The notes under the pieces were generated by a model. It did not search any database. It saw nothing but the letters and a program-made list of their open reading frames with translations, and was not told where the DNA came from. Below, one piece after another: positions 39,151 through 49,500 of a stretch of DNA of 64,000 nucleotides (within the stretch, counting starts at the first letter, position 1; each line of letters begins with the position of its first letter). This DNA is from Desulfobacterales bacterium (lineage in GTDB: Bacteria > Desulfobacterota > Desulfobacteria > Desulfobacterales > UBA2174): the NCBI GenBank assembly GCA_963668645.2, contig CAXXWC010000003.1:192001-256000 (forward strand), read 5' to 3'. Position numbers and translations under genes: made by a program.

Positions 39151-39578
39151 GTTGCGACCGCCGTCAGCCCCCCGGCGGCCGGCTGGATCGGAGCGTTGAC
39201 AAAAAACTGCAGAAAAGCGGCAGAAAACGAAAGAATCCCGCGGATATTGTAAACCCCAGCAAAATGACGCGCACGCAAGAGGCGGCCCGGGGATAACCCT
39301 TGCGGCTGACCGGAACTGTCTGAGGCCATTAATGCCCGTTGGTCCGGACCGCTGCATTTGCCTGCGGTAAATCCTCATGATTGCGGGCAACTTCGATTCG
39401 ATGGTCCAACGACGGGACCGGTCCGGTCCTACGGGCACTTGGGGCCGAGTTTTTCGGGCGGACGCGAGGGTTATCCCCGGGACGCCGTCTCCCCCTCTAA
39501 GCCCCTTTCCTTTCTTCCGCCATTTTGCAGGGTTTGGTCTTTTCGATGGTACGAGGTGTTGTGACCGCCGTCAGCCCC
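39151..39578. repeat. Direct repeat pair flanking the inverted repeat (39151-39171 and 39558-39578)
   Basis: gttgcgaccgccgtcagcccc vs gttgtgaccgccgtcagcccc (20/21), with weaker similarity upstream (tttcga..gg....agg). Confidence 0.8.
39251..39535. repeat. Long imperfect inverted repeat (arms about 100 nt) in non-coding DNA
   Basis: aaaccccagcaaaatgacg / cgccattttgcagggttt; ggcggcccggggataacccttgcg / cgcgagggttatccccgggacgcc; tgcccgttggtccggaccg / cggtccggtcctacgggca. Confidence 0.85.
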
Positions 39579-39695
39579 GCCCCGGCCCCGGCGCCTCGGG
39601 CGCGCGACCTCAGATCCAAGCATGCGTAAGTGTGACTGTCTAACCGAAAACTTTGCCATGCGGTCCATCGCCTGATTTACCGCCGGGGCGACGAC

Positions 39696-40535
39696 CTACC
39701 CTTCGGCCACCACCCGGTTGCGGATGGCGCCGATCTTTTCGATGGCGCATTCGACCACACTGCCGGCGGCCAGCAGCAGCGGCGGATCACGGAAGATCCC
39801 GACCCCGGCGGGGGTGCCGGTGGAGATGATGTCACCGGGAGCCAGGCTGATGTCCTGGCTGATGTCGGCGATGATGGCCGGGATATCGAAGAGCATGTCG
39901 GCGGTGGTGCCGTCCTGCATGATGCGGCCGTCCACCCTAGCGGTCAGGCGCAGGCTGGAAACGTCGCCGATCTCGTCGGCGGTGACCAGTGCAGGTCCCA
40001 TGGGGGCGAACCCGTCAAAGGATTTGCCGCGAAACCATTGGCTATCGGCGAACTGGGCCTGGCGAGCCGATACGTCGTTCATCACCATATAGCCAGCCAC
40101 AAAATCCCAGGCCGCAGCAGCGGTGATACGCTTGCCGATACGTCCGATCACCACGGCCAACTCCACCTCCCAGTCGACCTGGCCGCTGCTGCGCGGCAGC
40201 ACGATGGGATCGAAGGGACCGTTGACCGTATTGATCGTCTTGCAGAAAAGCAGGGGCCGTACCGGTCTCTCGAAGCCCCCCTCGCGGGCATGCTCGGCGT
40301 AGTTCTTGCCCAGGCAGATGATCTTGCCGGGCCGTGATACCGGAGGGCCGAGGCGTACCTCCATGATCTTTCCCGGATCATCGATACCCGCCACCCGGGC
40401 CGGCCATCCATCGGCAAAAAAACGCTCGCCGATCTCCGGGATCCGGGGAAAATGGCGTCTGAGATCCACGATGCGCCCCTCGCGCAGCAACCCGGGGCAT
40501 TCGGCCCCCTTGGGACCGAATTGAATCAGTTGCAT
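39696..40535 (-). CDS. Fumarylacetoacetate hydrolase family protein
   Basis: KIICLGKNYAEH, DWEVELAVVIG, NDVSAR, GKSFD, GDIISTGTPAGVG. Confidence 0.93.
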   Translation of the reverse strand: MQLIQFGPKGAECPGLLREGRIVDLRRHFPRIPEIGERFFADGWPARVAGIDDPGKIMEVRLGPPVSRPGKIICLGKNYAEHAREGGFERPVRPLLFCKTINTVNGPFDPIVLPRSSGQVDWEVELAVVIGRIGKRITAAAAWDFVAGYMVMNDVSARQAQFADSQWFRGKSFDGFAPMGPALVTADEIGDVSSLRLTARVDGRIMQDGTTADMLFDIPAIIADISQDISLAPGDIISTGTPAGVGIFRDPPLLLAAGSVVECAIEKIGAIRNRVVAEG

Positions 40536-40536
40536 T

Positions 40537-41310
40537 TCAGCGCTCCTTAGGCCGCCCCTGGCAGCCGTCCTCGTAACATTTGCGCCCGTACCAGTCCGTC
40601 TGGCGGCAGATGCCGCGGATAATGGCCACATCTCGCGCCTGGAGCTGGATGCGGGTAAAAAATTGACGGATGCGCGTCATCCAGTACTCGGGATTGTCGT
40701 GGCTGATGAAGCTGATCCGCACCAGCAGATCCCGCAACTGGTCGTACATCGCATCCAGTTCGAAGCGGGTAGCCAGCCGCGGGTTGAACGTCGGGGGTTG
40801 GGACATGGCGGCCCGGTGCAGTTCGTAACAGAGGATCATCACCGCCTGGGCCAGGTTCAAGGATGAAAAATCGGCGGTGGGGATATTGACCAGGGCGTGG
40901 CAAAAACGGATATCGTCGTTGCTCAGCCCGCGGTCTTCCGGACCGAAGAGAACGGCGATGCGGTTTTGTTGGGAGATGGGAATCAGCTCTTGGGCCAGAG
41001 TCTCGGGCCGGCTGTAGACCCGCCGCTGGCCTCCGAGCCGGGCCGTGGTGCCCACCACGAACTGGAATTCGGCCAGGGCCCGCGGCAGGTCGTCAAAGAC
41101 TTCCAGATTGTCGATCAGATCGCGGGCCCCGTGGGTGGCGAGCTTGAGGGCCTTTTCGGCCTCGTAGCGCTCCGGGGCCACCACCATAAGCCGCGCCAGT
41201 CCCATGTTGCGCATGGCACGGGCCGCGGAACCGATATTCTCCGGGTACCGCGGCCGGTGCAAAACGATGGCCAGGTTGGCCAGGTTGATTTTGGCGGGAT
41301 CAGGAGACAA
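40537..41310 (-). CDS. trmJ: TrmJ/TrmH-family SPOUT RNA methyltransferase (probable TTG start)
   Basis: [35 protein letters not shown]. Confidence 0.85.
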   Translation of the reverse strand: MSPDPAKINLANLAIVLHRPRYPENIGSAARAMRNMGLARLMVVAPERYEAEKALKLATHGARDLIDNLEVFDDLPRALAEFQFVVGTTARLGGQRRVYSRPETLAQELIPISQQNRIAVLFGPEDRGLSNDDIRFCHALVNIPTADFSSLNLAQAVMILCYELHRAAMSQPPTFNPRLATRFELDAMYDQLRDLLVRISFISHDNPEYWMTRIRQFFTRIQLQARDVAIIRGICRQTDWYGRKCYEDGCQGRPKER

Positions 41311-41716
41311 ACTCGAAGCAGTTGAAAAAGTAGCCGATTTCAAAGGCGGCGGTTTCAGGGGCGTCAGATCCATGCACCACGTTGCGTTCGATGTCGGTGG
41401 CGAACTCGGCCCGGATCGTACCCGGGGCCGCATCCTTGAAGTTGGTGGCCCCCATCATCTCCCGCCAGCGGGCGATGGCCTCTTCGCCCTCCAGGACCAT
41501 TACCATGGCCGGACCGCTGGACATAAAGGCGGTCAGACTTGCAAAAAAGGGCCGTTCGCGGTGCACGGCGTAAAACCCCTCTGCCTGGCCAGGCGTCATG
41601 GCCACCAGTTTGGCCGCCACGATCTTCAGCCCGCTGGCCTCGATCCGTTTGATCACCTCGCCGGCAAGCCCCCGGCCAACTCCGTCAGGTTTGACGATCG
41701 CCAACGTACGCTGCAT
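41300..41716 (-). CDS. ndk: Nucleoside diphosphate kinase
   Basis: [26 protein letters not shown]. Confidence 0.97.
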   Translation of the reverse strand: MQRTLAIVKPDGVGRGLAGEVIKRIEASGLKIVAAKLVAMTPGQAEGFYAVHRERPFFASLTAFMSSGPAMVMVLEGEEAIARWREMMGATNFKDAAPGTIRAEFATDIERNVVHGSDAPETAAFEIGYFFNCFEFVS

Positions 41717-42019
41717 GCTGTTTTTCCCTTTCCGAAAATCGATGCGCGTTGCGCATCGACTATGAGTTTGTTAAAATTCGGATTTTTCGCATCGGCTGTC
41801 TTTTGCCGGATGCGACGATAAAGTTGCCGGTGCCATAGCAGAAGGCCCCGGTCAAGTCAACGTGCATCGATCTTAATCAAGGTTCTCCGCTGCCTACGGT
41901 TTCCCCGCAAACGGAGGCCGCCCGCACCCATCGGTTGCCACCGGATCGCCAGAACCTTGACAACCGTCCGGAATGTCATTTAAAAAGTGTTCAATCGTGC
42001 TTTAAGGAGATGTGAAACC

Positions 42020-42508
42020 ATGCCGATCTACGAGTTTTTCTGCCCAGAGTGCAATACGATTTTCAATTTTTTTTCCCGCAGCGTCAACACTGCCAAACGC
42101 CCCGATTGCCCTCAATGCGGCAGGGTAAAACTGACCCGCCAGATGTCGGCCTTTGCCATTGCCGGGCGCGCCAAAGAAGATGAAGGGGCCGAGGATCTGC
42201 CCATCGATGAACACAAGATGGAACAGGCCATGCAGACCCTCTCGCGCGAGGCGGAGCGGATCAACGAGGACGACCCGCGCCAGGCCGCGGCCCTGATGCG
42301 CAAACTTTCCGCCATGACCGGAATGGAACTCGGCCCCGGGATGGACGAAGCCATCCGCCGCATGGAGCGCGGCGAGGATCCCGAAGCGGTGGAGGCCGAA
42401 ATGGGCGATCTGCTCGAAGGTGAAGACCCGTTCATCCTGCCGGCCAAAAAGGCAGGCGGCGGGCGGCGGGCGGCTCCCCGGCATGACGAAAATCTGTATG
42501 ATCTGTGA
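42020..42508 (+). CDS. FmdB-family zinc ribbon protein with acidic helical extension
   Basis: MPIYEFFCPEC...CPQCG; AAGGAG upstream. Confidence 0.88.
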   Translation: MPIYEFFCPECNTIFNFFSRSVNTAKRPDCPQCGRVKLTRQMSAFAIAGRAKEDEGAEDLPIDEHKMEQAMQTLSREAERINEDDPRQAAALMRKLSAMTGMELGPGMDEAIRRMERGEDPEAVEAEMGDLLEGEDPFILPAKKAGGGRRAAPRHDENLYDL

Positions 42509-42529
42509 AAGGACGAGGGGCAGAGCCTT

Positions 42530-42599
42530 GTGGGAGCGCTTTGTAAGCGCGATCGGACAGACGCAAACAGCCTTCATCGCGGTTTAAAACCGCTCCCAC
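42530..42599. repeat. REP doublet (REPIN-like) between convergent genes
   Basis: gtgggagcgctttgtaagcgcgat ... atcgcggtttaaaaccgctcccac; GTGG tetranucleotide plus internal palindromes. Confidence 0.8.
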
Positions 42600-42623
42600 G
42601 AGAAACGCAGGGGTTGAATCTGA

Positions 42624-43430
42624 TCAAGGCAGGAGGTCGGCGACCCCCCTCAGGGCATATACGATCTCGGGTAGGCCAATTGCATTATCGCCGCTGATAT
42701 CCGCATTGCTGTGGAGATAGGCGCCGCCGTCGATCTGAACCATTCCTTGAAGGGCAGCGATGGCATCAGCCAGATCCACGTTCTGATCGCCGTTGACATC
42801 TCCCATTACGGGGGGAAGGAGCGTGGCCAAAACCACCCCGGCGCCGAGGTCGTCATCGAGATCCAACTCTCCGAGAAGTTGCTGAAGAAGTTCCTCGTCG
42901 GGATGCTCTTCTTCCAACAGGTCGCAGTTTTGCCTGGTGTTGTCACACTCCAAGACAAACCCACTGTAGGGGATTTCCCTCGGGGACAATGTCAGGGCGC
43001 TGGAGCCCGTCTCCTTGCAGCGGAATATCACCCTCCCCAACCGGATATTGTCGCCGGATAGCCCTGCAAGACGAAATCCGAATATTTCGAGTTCTCCGAT
43101 TTCATTGTTGACAATGACGAATATACCGGTCGGATTCGATGGGTCCTCCTGCTCGGACGGCCAGTTGTCAAAGTCAAGGTTCGCGTACTCTACCTCAAAA
43201 ATGCTTGCATCATATGCCAATTTGAAGCCGATGGTCAAAAGCCCTGGGGCCGGCACGTTAGACACGTAAATATCCACCGTGACAACCTCGCCGGCAATCA
43301 TGGGCCATGAATTTTCGTAAACTCCGTCCCGGGCAAAATCCGCGTGAAACTCCATGGCGGCGTAGGTCTGCGAGACGCCGGCCAAGGCGATGATGACGGC
43401 GGCCATCAGGATGGTGACGCGTTTCAGCAC
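42624..43430 (-). CDS. Secreted protein with cohesin-like domain and C-terminal type-I dockerin-like domain
   Basis: GTG 43430 after AAGAGGT; signal peptide KRVTILMAAVIIALAGVSQTYA; VTVDIYVSNV...GFKLAYDASIFEV...LGRVIFRCKETGSSALTL; duplicated GDVNGDQNVDLADAI / ADISGDNAIGLPEIV. Confidence 0.8.
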   Translation of the reverse strand: MLKRVTILMAAVIIALAGVSQTYAAMEFHADFARDGVYENSWPMIAGEVVTVDIYVSNVPAPGLLTIGFKLAYDASIFEVEYANLDFDNWPSEQEDPSNPTGIFVIVNNEIGELEIFGFRLAGLSGDNIRLGRVIFRCKETGSSALTLSPREIPYSGFVLECDNTRQNCDLLEEEHPDEELLQQLLGELDLDDDLGAGVVLATLLPPVMGDVNGDQNVDLADAIAALQGMVQIDGGAYLHSNADISGDNAIGLPEIVYALRGVADLLP

Positions 43431-43500
43431 ATGAACCTCTTGGGGGGAAAATGGATTCCGGACCACGCCCGGAATGGCACAACCGAAGAATTCGGTCTTT

Positions 43501-46500
43501 TTATGAAACCATCCATACAGCGACATCCCCGGATTCTTCTTCCGTGTCGGCATCCATCAGGTTTAGGGTTGTTGCCGCAGGTTGCCACGGATTCAGGGAC
43601 GCCGTGGTATCTGCGCTCATCCCGGCCGACCCCGTCGAAGGAAATAGCGTCCCTGTAGTCGCCATCCTGATATACCAGAAGGTGGGCACCTTGCCGGAGA
43701 CCGGATCGGTCGATGGAACCGAGGGCAAGGGGTCGGCTTCCTCGGTTTCATCCTGGGTGTCCGCTGCCGCGGGAAGATTGGAATTGACTACGGCACTGGT
43801 CGCGGTAACCGCTTCCACCACCATCACAAGCAGGGAATCGGCGTTGTAAGTGCCGTCCTCATCAGTGGCCGTGGCCGTGATCGTCACCTGGTAGGGCTCC
43901 CAGCCGATGTGGCCGAACACGCTGGCAAAAAAGGCCAGATCGTTGTCATCCACCTCGCCCAGGCGGTAGCGCCGCACGAAGCGCAGGGCGTCTATGCCGT
44001 CCACGTCGCCGTCGCCATCCGAATCCCAGGGCGAGGTGGCATAGGTGTGAGTGGCCGAATCCCGATCGCCTGAAACTTCCAGCACCGTGCCGTCTCCCCA
44101 GTCGATGGTCCAGCGGTGGATCGTGTCCTGCCCGGGGTCGAGGGTGGTCGAAAGTGAAAGTTCGTACACTTGCCCGCCAAAGGCCTGGGCTTCACCCTGG
44201 ATCACGGGTGCGGGCGACACGTTGTTCACCGTTATGGTGACGGTTTCGGTATCGAAAAGCGACGGCGCGTCGTTATAGGTCGCACGCACCGTGACCGTCG
44301 CCGTCTGCGGTCCGTCGGCCGGGGTCCAGGTGAGCAGGCCGGTTTGCGCATCGATGGCAGCACCGGCCGGTCCGCTGTCCAAAGAGAAGGTCACCCCCCT
44401 TTCGTTCGGATCGCTGGCGTTCACCTGGATGCTCAGCAGGCTGCCTTCGTCCACGCTGCCGGGGCTGACCGGATCGATCACCGGAAGATCGTTGATCGTC
44501 AGTACGGTTTCATCTTCGGTGTAGGCATCACCGTCGAAAACTCGCAGGACGATCGTGTAAACCCCGTCCCTGCCGAGCCCGAGCCCTTTGAGAACGGTCC
44601 AGGAAACGCTCGGTGCAGCGGTCAGGGCATCGCTGAAATCGCCGTCCTGATTCAGGTCCCAGGCGTACTGCAAGGCTGCTGCATCCGCCGGGCTGACATC
44701 GCTGCCGGACCCGTCCAACACCAGAGCGTAGCCGGCATCGATGGTGTAGGGGCCGCCGGCATCGGCCGTAGGCGCCACGTTGTCCACCGCGGCCAGGGTC
44801 TGTGCCGTTGTGCTTTTGCCCGTGTCGTCCGTCACCTGGACGCTGATCGGATACCCGCCGACGACATTGTCCGGATAAAGATGGGTAAAAGTGAAGCTTG
44901 TGCTTCCGGGCGGACGGACCTTAGTCTCGTCGGCCGAACCATCTCCCCAGTCGACCACTGTCACGACGAAGGCCCCGGTTGAATCCGGATCAGAGAACGA
45001 GCCCTGCAACGTAACGCTGCTGTTTTCAGGTGCCGGATCGGGGGTCACGGTCAAGGATGAAATGACGGGCGCGTCGTCGGTCCCCGTGACCGTGATGGTA
45101 CCCTGGCCTTCGTCCTGGCCGCCCCGGCCGTCGGCGACGGTGTAGGTAAAGACGAAAGCGGCGCTTTGACCATGGATCAGGTTGTCAAATCCCTGGCGCG
45201 GATCGAAGGTAAAAGTACCATCGCCGTTGTCGACCAGCGTGCCGCGGGTTTCGACGGTAGTGACGGAAACGATGCTCAAGGTGTCGCCCGGATCTGGATC
45301 GCTGTCGTTAGCCAACAGCTCGGCGACGCTGATCGTAAGGGTCTGGTCCTCGCTGACGGCGAAGGTGTCGTCGCCGGCCACCGGCGCCTGGTTTTGCGCC
45401 AGGATCGTCGCCTGCCCGTCTTCGAGGGTCAGCACCAGTTCTCCTTCGTTGAGCTGGCTGGCTTCGTTCAAATCGAGGACCGTGGCCCCATAGGGGGCAT
45501 CGGCGCGCACGTGCAAGTCGAGTTCGGCAATGCTCCCGGTGCTGCCGGCAGCCAGGACATCCAGTCCGAAAAGGGAAACGATGACCCGCCCGGCCGCCTC
45601 GTCCACGTGGGCGTAAACGGTCCAGCCTTCAGTGAGCTGTCCGGTGTGCACTTCGCTCTCGCCAAGGTCGAAAACAGCCGTGTCATAGTACAGATAGATG
45701 TCAGCGGCGAGCAGACCGGCGGCGTTATCCAGAATGGCGAGCGGTACGGTCAGGGTGTCTCCCCGGTAGGCCGTCAGTTCGCCGGGAATCCCAAGGAGCG
45801 GATCGCGGCTGCTGTCCGCGAGGGGCACCAGGATTCCCGCCAGATCGGGAATCTGCGGCACGCTCAGCCCCACCGCCTTGCGGGCCGTGTAGGCAGCGTC
45901 AAGACCGCTGAGGCTGCCGTCGCCGGTCACGTCCCCGATGAGAACCGGGTCTTTCATGCGGTACACGGCGGCGAAACCGGGATCCAGGCCGCCCCCCACC
46001 CGGGCGATATAGGCGGCATCCAGACCGCTGTAAATCTGGTTTCCCGTGGCATCGCCGAGGTAGGCGACGACCTGCACGGCGCTGTCGGTCCGCCCGCCGA
46101 TGGCGCCCTTGTTGAGTTTCAGCGTTTCCAGGCTCAGGACGGCGGCCGAGGCATAGGGGGCGTCGACCGGCACGGATGCCCGAACATCAAGGAGTTGAAC
46201 CGCACCTGCGGCCAAAGGCGTCTTTCCGGAAAGGGTGATGGAAATGTGTCCCGGATTGCTCAGATCATAAACCAGACTCCAGCCGCCAGGCACGTTGGCA
46301 CCCTTCAGGATCTGATCGACATGCAGCAAGGTCGGATCATAAACCAGAACCACAGCAACCGACTGGATCGCGGTCCCGTCGCTGAGGCTCACCGGGATTC
46401 CGGTGCCCGTGGCCGACAGGTTGACAGCCTGTCCCGGTCCCCGGGTGAAATCCGGCAAGGAGACGAGTCGAACTCCACCGGCGGCCACGGTAAAGGTTGC

Positions 46501-49500
46501 TTGATAATCGCCGCCGCCAACGGCATCGCCATCGCCGTCCAGACGATTTCCAAGCATATCGGTGAACCCGTCTTGGGCTCCGCTCAGGGTCAAGGTATAA
46601 GCATCATCCGCCAAAACCCCGCCGGTGCGCACAAAGGTGACGCTTCGGGCTTCCGCATCGTAGATCAGAGACCCGGTGACAGCCCCGGAGGTCTCCCCCA
46701 CCAGGGTAAGATCGGACGCACCGTAAGTATTGCGCAAGGTGTCATAGAGATTGAGACGCTCCGGATCGAGCGGATAGTTGAAAAAGATGGTCACACCGCT
46801 GGCAAAGGGCACGACCTCGGTCACCCTCAGCAGCGGCACGTCTGAAATGACTGCCAGTTCGTCCACCGTGGCGTCGCTGCCCGCATTGCCGGCCGCATCG
46901 ACGGCGGTCACGGCCACATCGTATGTACCGAGGGCCAGGGCCGGGCTGATGGTGTCGTCTGGCAGAGTCCAGGTCCCATCGCCGTTGTTCACGCCCGTGT
47001 AGACCCGGTCATCGACCACCACCCGGATGGTCGCCGCAGGGTCATTCACCGTTCCGGTCAACCTCGGGGTGGCATCATCGGCTTCAAGAAAATCGATGGT
47101 CACCACCGGCGCCGTGCCATCGACGGTCAACTCATTTGAAGTCTCATCGACGCTGCAATTACCCGCTTGGTCGTTGGCCGCAGCCAGCACCTCGTAGACG
47201 CCGTCGGCCAGAGCCGGAGAAAGGGTGCCGGCCGGCAGGGACCAGCCGCCGGCGCCATCGTTGACCGCCGCGTAAGCGATGCCGTTAACGGTCACCGTCA
47301 CCCGGGCTGCGGGGTCGTCCACCGTACCGGTCAAGGCCGGCGACGACACACTGGCCAAAACGCTGTCCACCGTCTCCACCGGGGCCGCGCGATCAAGGAA
47401 GAACTGGACACCAAGATTGTCGCCATGGTTGAAGGCATTGCCAGCCTGGTCGACTATAGTCGCACGCAGGAAGACGGCGTAGATCCCGTCACTGCTCAGC
47501 GGGGTGTCGAAGTAGACCGACAGCACGTCGCTGCCCCATCCTTCGATACGCGAAGCCGTGATCTGTGCGCCGACCGTATCGAGGATCCGCAAATCTGAAC
47601 TCTGGCCGTAAACCGGCTCGATGAAGGTAAAAATCAGGGTCGGTGTGTCGTCGTTGGTCAGCCTGTCGCTCTGGTCCGCACCGCTGTCGGCAGACAGATG
47701 CCAATCGTCCAGGACCGGCGTCACCGCATCGATATATACCGTCACCATGGCTGTGCTCAGGGCACCGCTGGCATCGCTGATCGTATAGGCGAAAACGTCA
47801 GTTTCCGACTGGCCGGCCAGAAGCCATTCATACCTTCCACCCGGATCGTAGCTGAAAGTGCCATCGCCGTTGTCCGTCAAGCTGCCCAGTGTGTCGTCCG
47901 TCGGCGCGATCGATACAATGGTCAGGATATCGCTGGAGTCAGGATCCGTGTCATTGGCCAGCAGGTCGGCGGCGGTGAAGGTAATCGGCGTGTCCTCGTC
48001 CGTGTTCAGTGTATCGTCGACTGCCGCCGGGGCCTCGTTGCGCCCTTGGATCACGATGGTCACCGTCGCCGTGGAGGTACCGCCGGTGCCGTCGCTGATG
48101 GTGTAGGTGAATTGATCGTAGGCCTGCTCCCCGGGGGCCAGGGCCTCGAACTGGCCGTCCGGGCTGTAAACGTAGGCCCCGGTCAGATCCGAGTAGGTCA
48201 AGCGACCGGCCAGGCCGGTGGTATCCACCGCGATGATGGCAAGCACGTCGCCCAGGTCCGGATCGCTGTCGTTGTCCAAAAGGTCCTGCGGCGTGATCGT
48301 CAGCGATGTGTCTTCGTCGGTGACCAGTTCGTCTTCGGATGCCACCGGATCGCCGTGGACCGTATCGGAGGTTCCGCCGACAGACCAGGTGGCGGCCGCA
48401 CCGCTCACGCCCGCGCTCAGGGTGAAGATGCCGGCACTGTAATAGGTGTGCTGGATCTCGACCTGAGCGATCACCGGCGACGGCAACGAGAGCGGGCCGC
48501 CGGTATAGATCGAAATGGTGCTCGGGTCGTTGAATGCGTAGCGCGCCCAATCTCCCAGGACCACATCGTCATACCCGTCGGCGTTGAAATCACCCCCGCC
48601 GATGGTTCCGGGAACATCATCGAAACCGATTGACCTGGCCGTGCCGGCCGGGAATTGGACCGTCACCGGCGAGACGCCATCGGCCGATCCCAGATAGAGC
48701 AAAGCCTGGCCCAAGGCGCCTTGCCCGTCCTCCGGGGCGCCGGCAAGGACCAGAAAATCATCGTAGCCGTCGGCGTTGACATCTCCGGCCGGGGCCAGAT
48801 CCCACCCGAACCAAGCGCTGACTGCCGATTGGGGCACCTGGATGGATTGCGGCGTTGGGTCGAACCCTTCAGCAGTTCCGTAGTAGGCATATACCGCACC
48901 CAACTCTTGGACATACGGATCGGCCTGGGTCTGGAAAGGTGCACTGACGATGATGTCGGGCGAGCCGTCTCCGTTGATATCCCCCACCCCCGCGGCATCC
49001 CAGCCGAATCCGCCCGCATTGGGCGCTTCCAGGGTCTGAAGGGGCGCACTGCCGAGCCCTGCGGCGGTGCCGAGGAAGACATACACCCGGCCGTCCATGC
49101 TGCCTTTGCGATAGGCGCCGACGATCACGTCATCGAAACCGTCTTCATTCAGATCGCCGACGGCCGAAACGCTGGTCCCCACCAGTTCGTCGGCCTCCTG
49201 GCCCTGATAGGTCCAAACCGGACTTTGGGTCAGACCGTCGGACGAACCGAGGTACAACTGGACTTCACCTGCATCCACCAGTGTCGTGAATTGCCCGCTG
49301 GCTGGATCGCGTCCGACCACATCGGCTGCCGGCACCCCCACCAGCACGTCGCCGTAGCCGTCGTTGTTCACGTCTCCGGCGGCCACGGCTGAATACCTGA
49401 ACGGTGTCGATGCGGCCAGACCGTCAATGCGCCAGACCGGGCCGGCAAGCCCTGCAGGAGCGGCGGCGCCCTCAGTGCCGAAGAAGAGGAATACCGCCCC

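Noticed and set aside
39251..39535. 6S RNA, SRP RNA, tmRNA or RNase P RNA
   Set aside because: No hallmark motifs recognised and context is not the usual one; kept as an unassigned structure
39130..39580. CRISPR array (minus-strand GTCGCAAC...GAAAC-like words; GGGGATAACC resembling type I-E repeat ends)
   Set aside because: Only two diverged copies about 400 bp apart, no regular repeat-spacer period, no cas genes in the window
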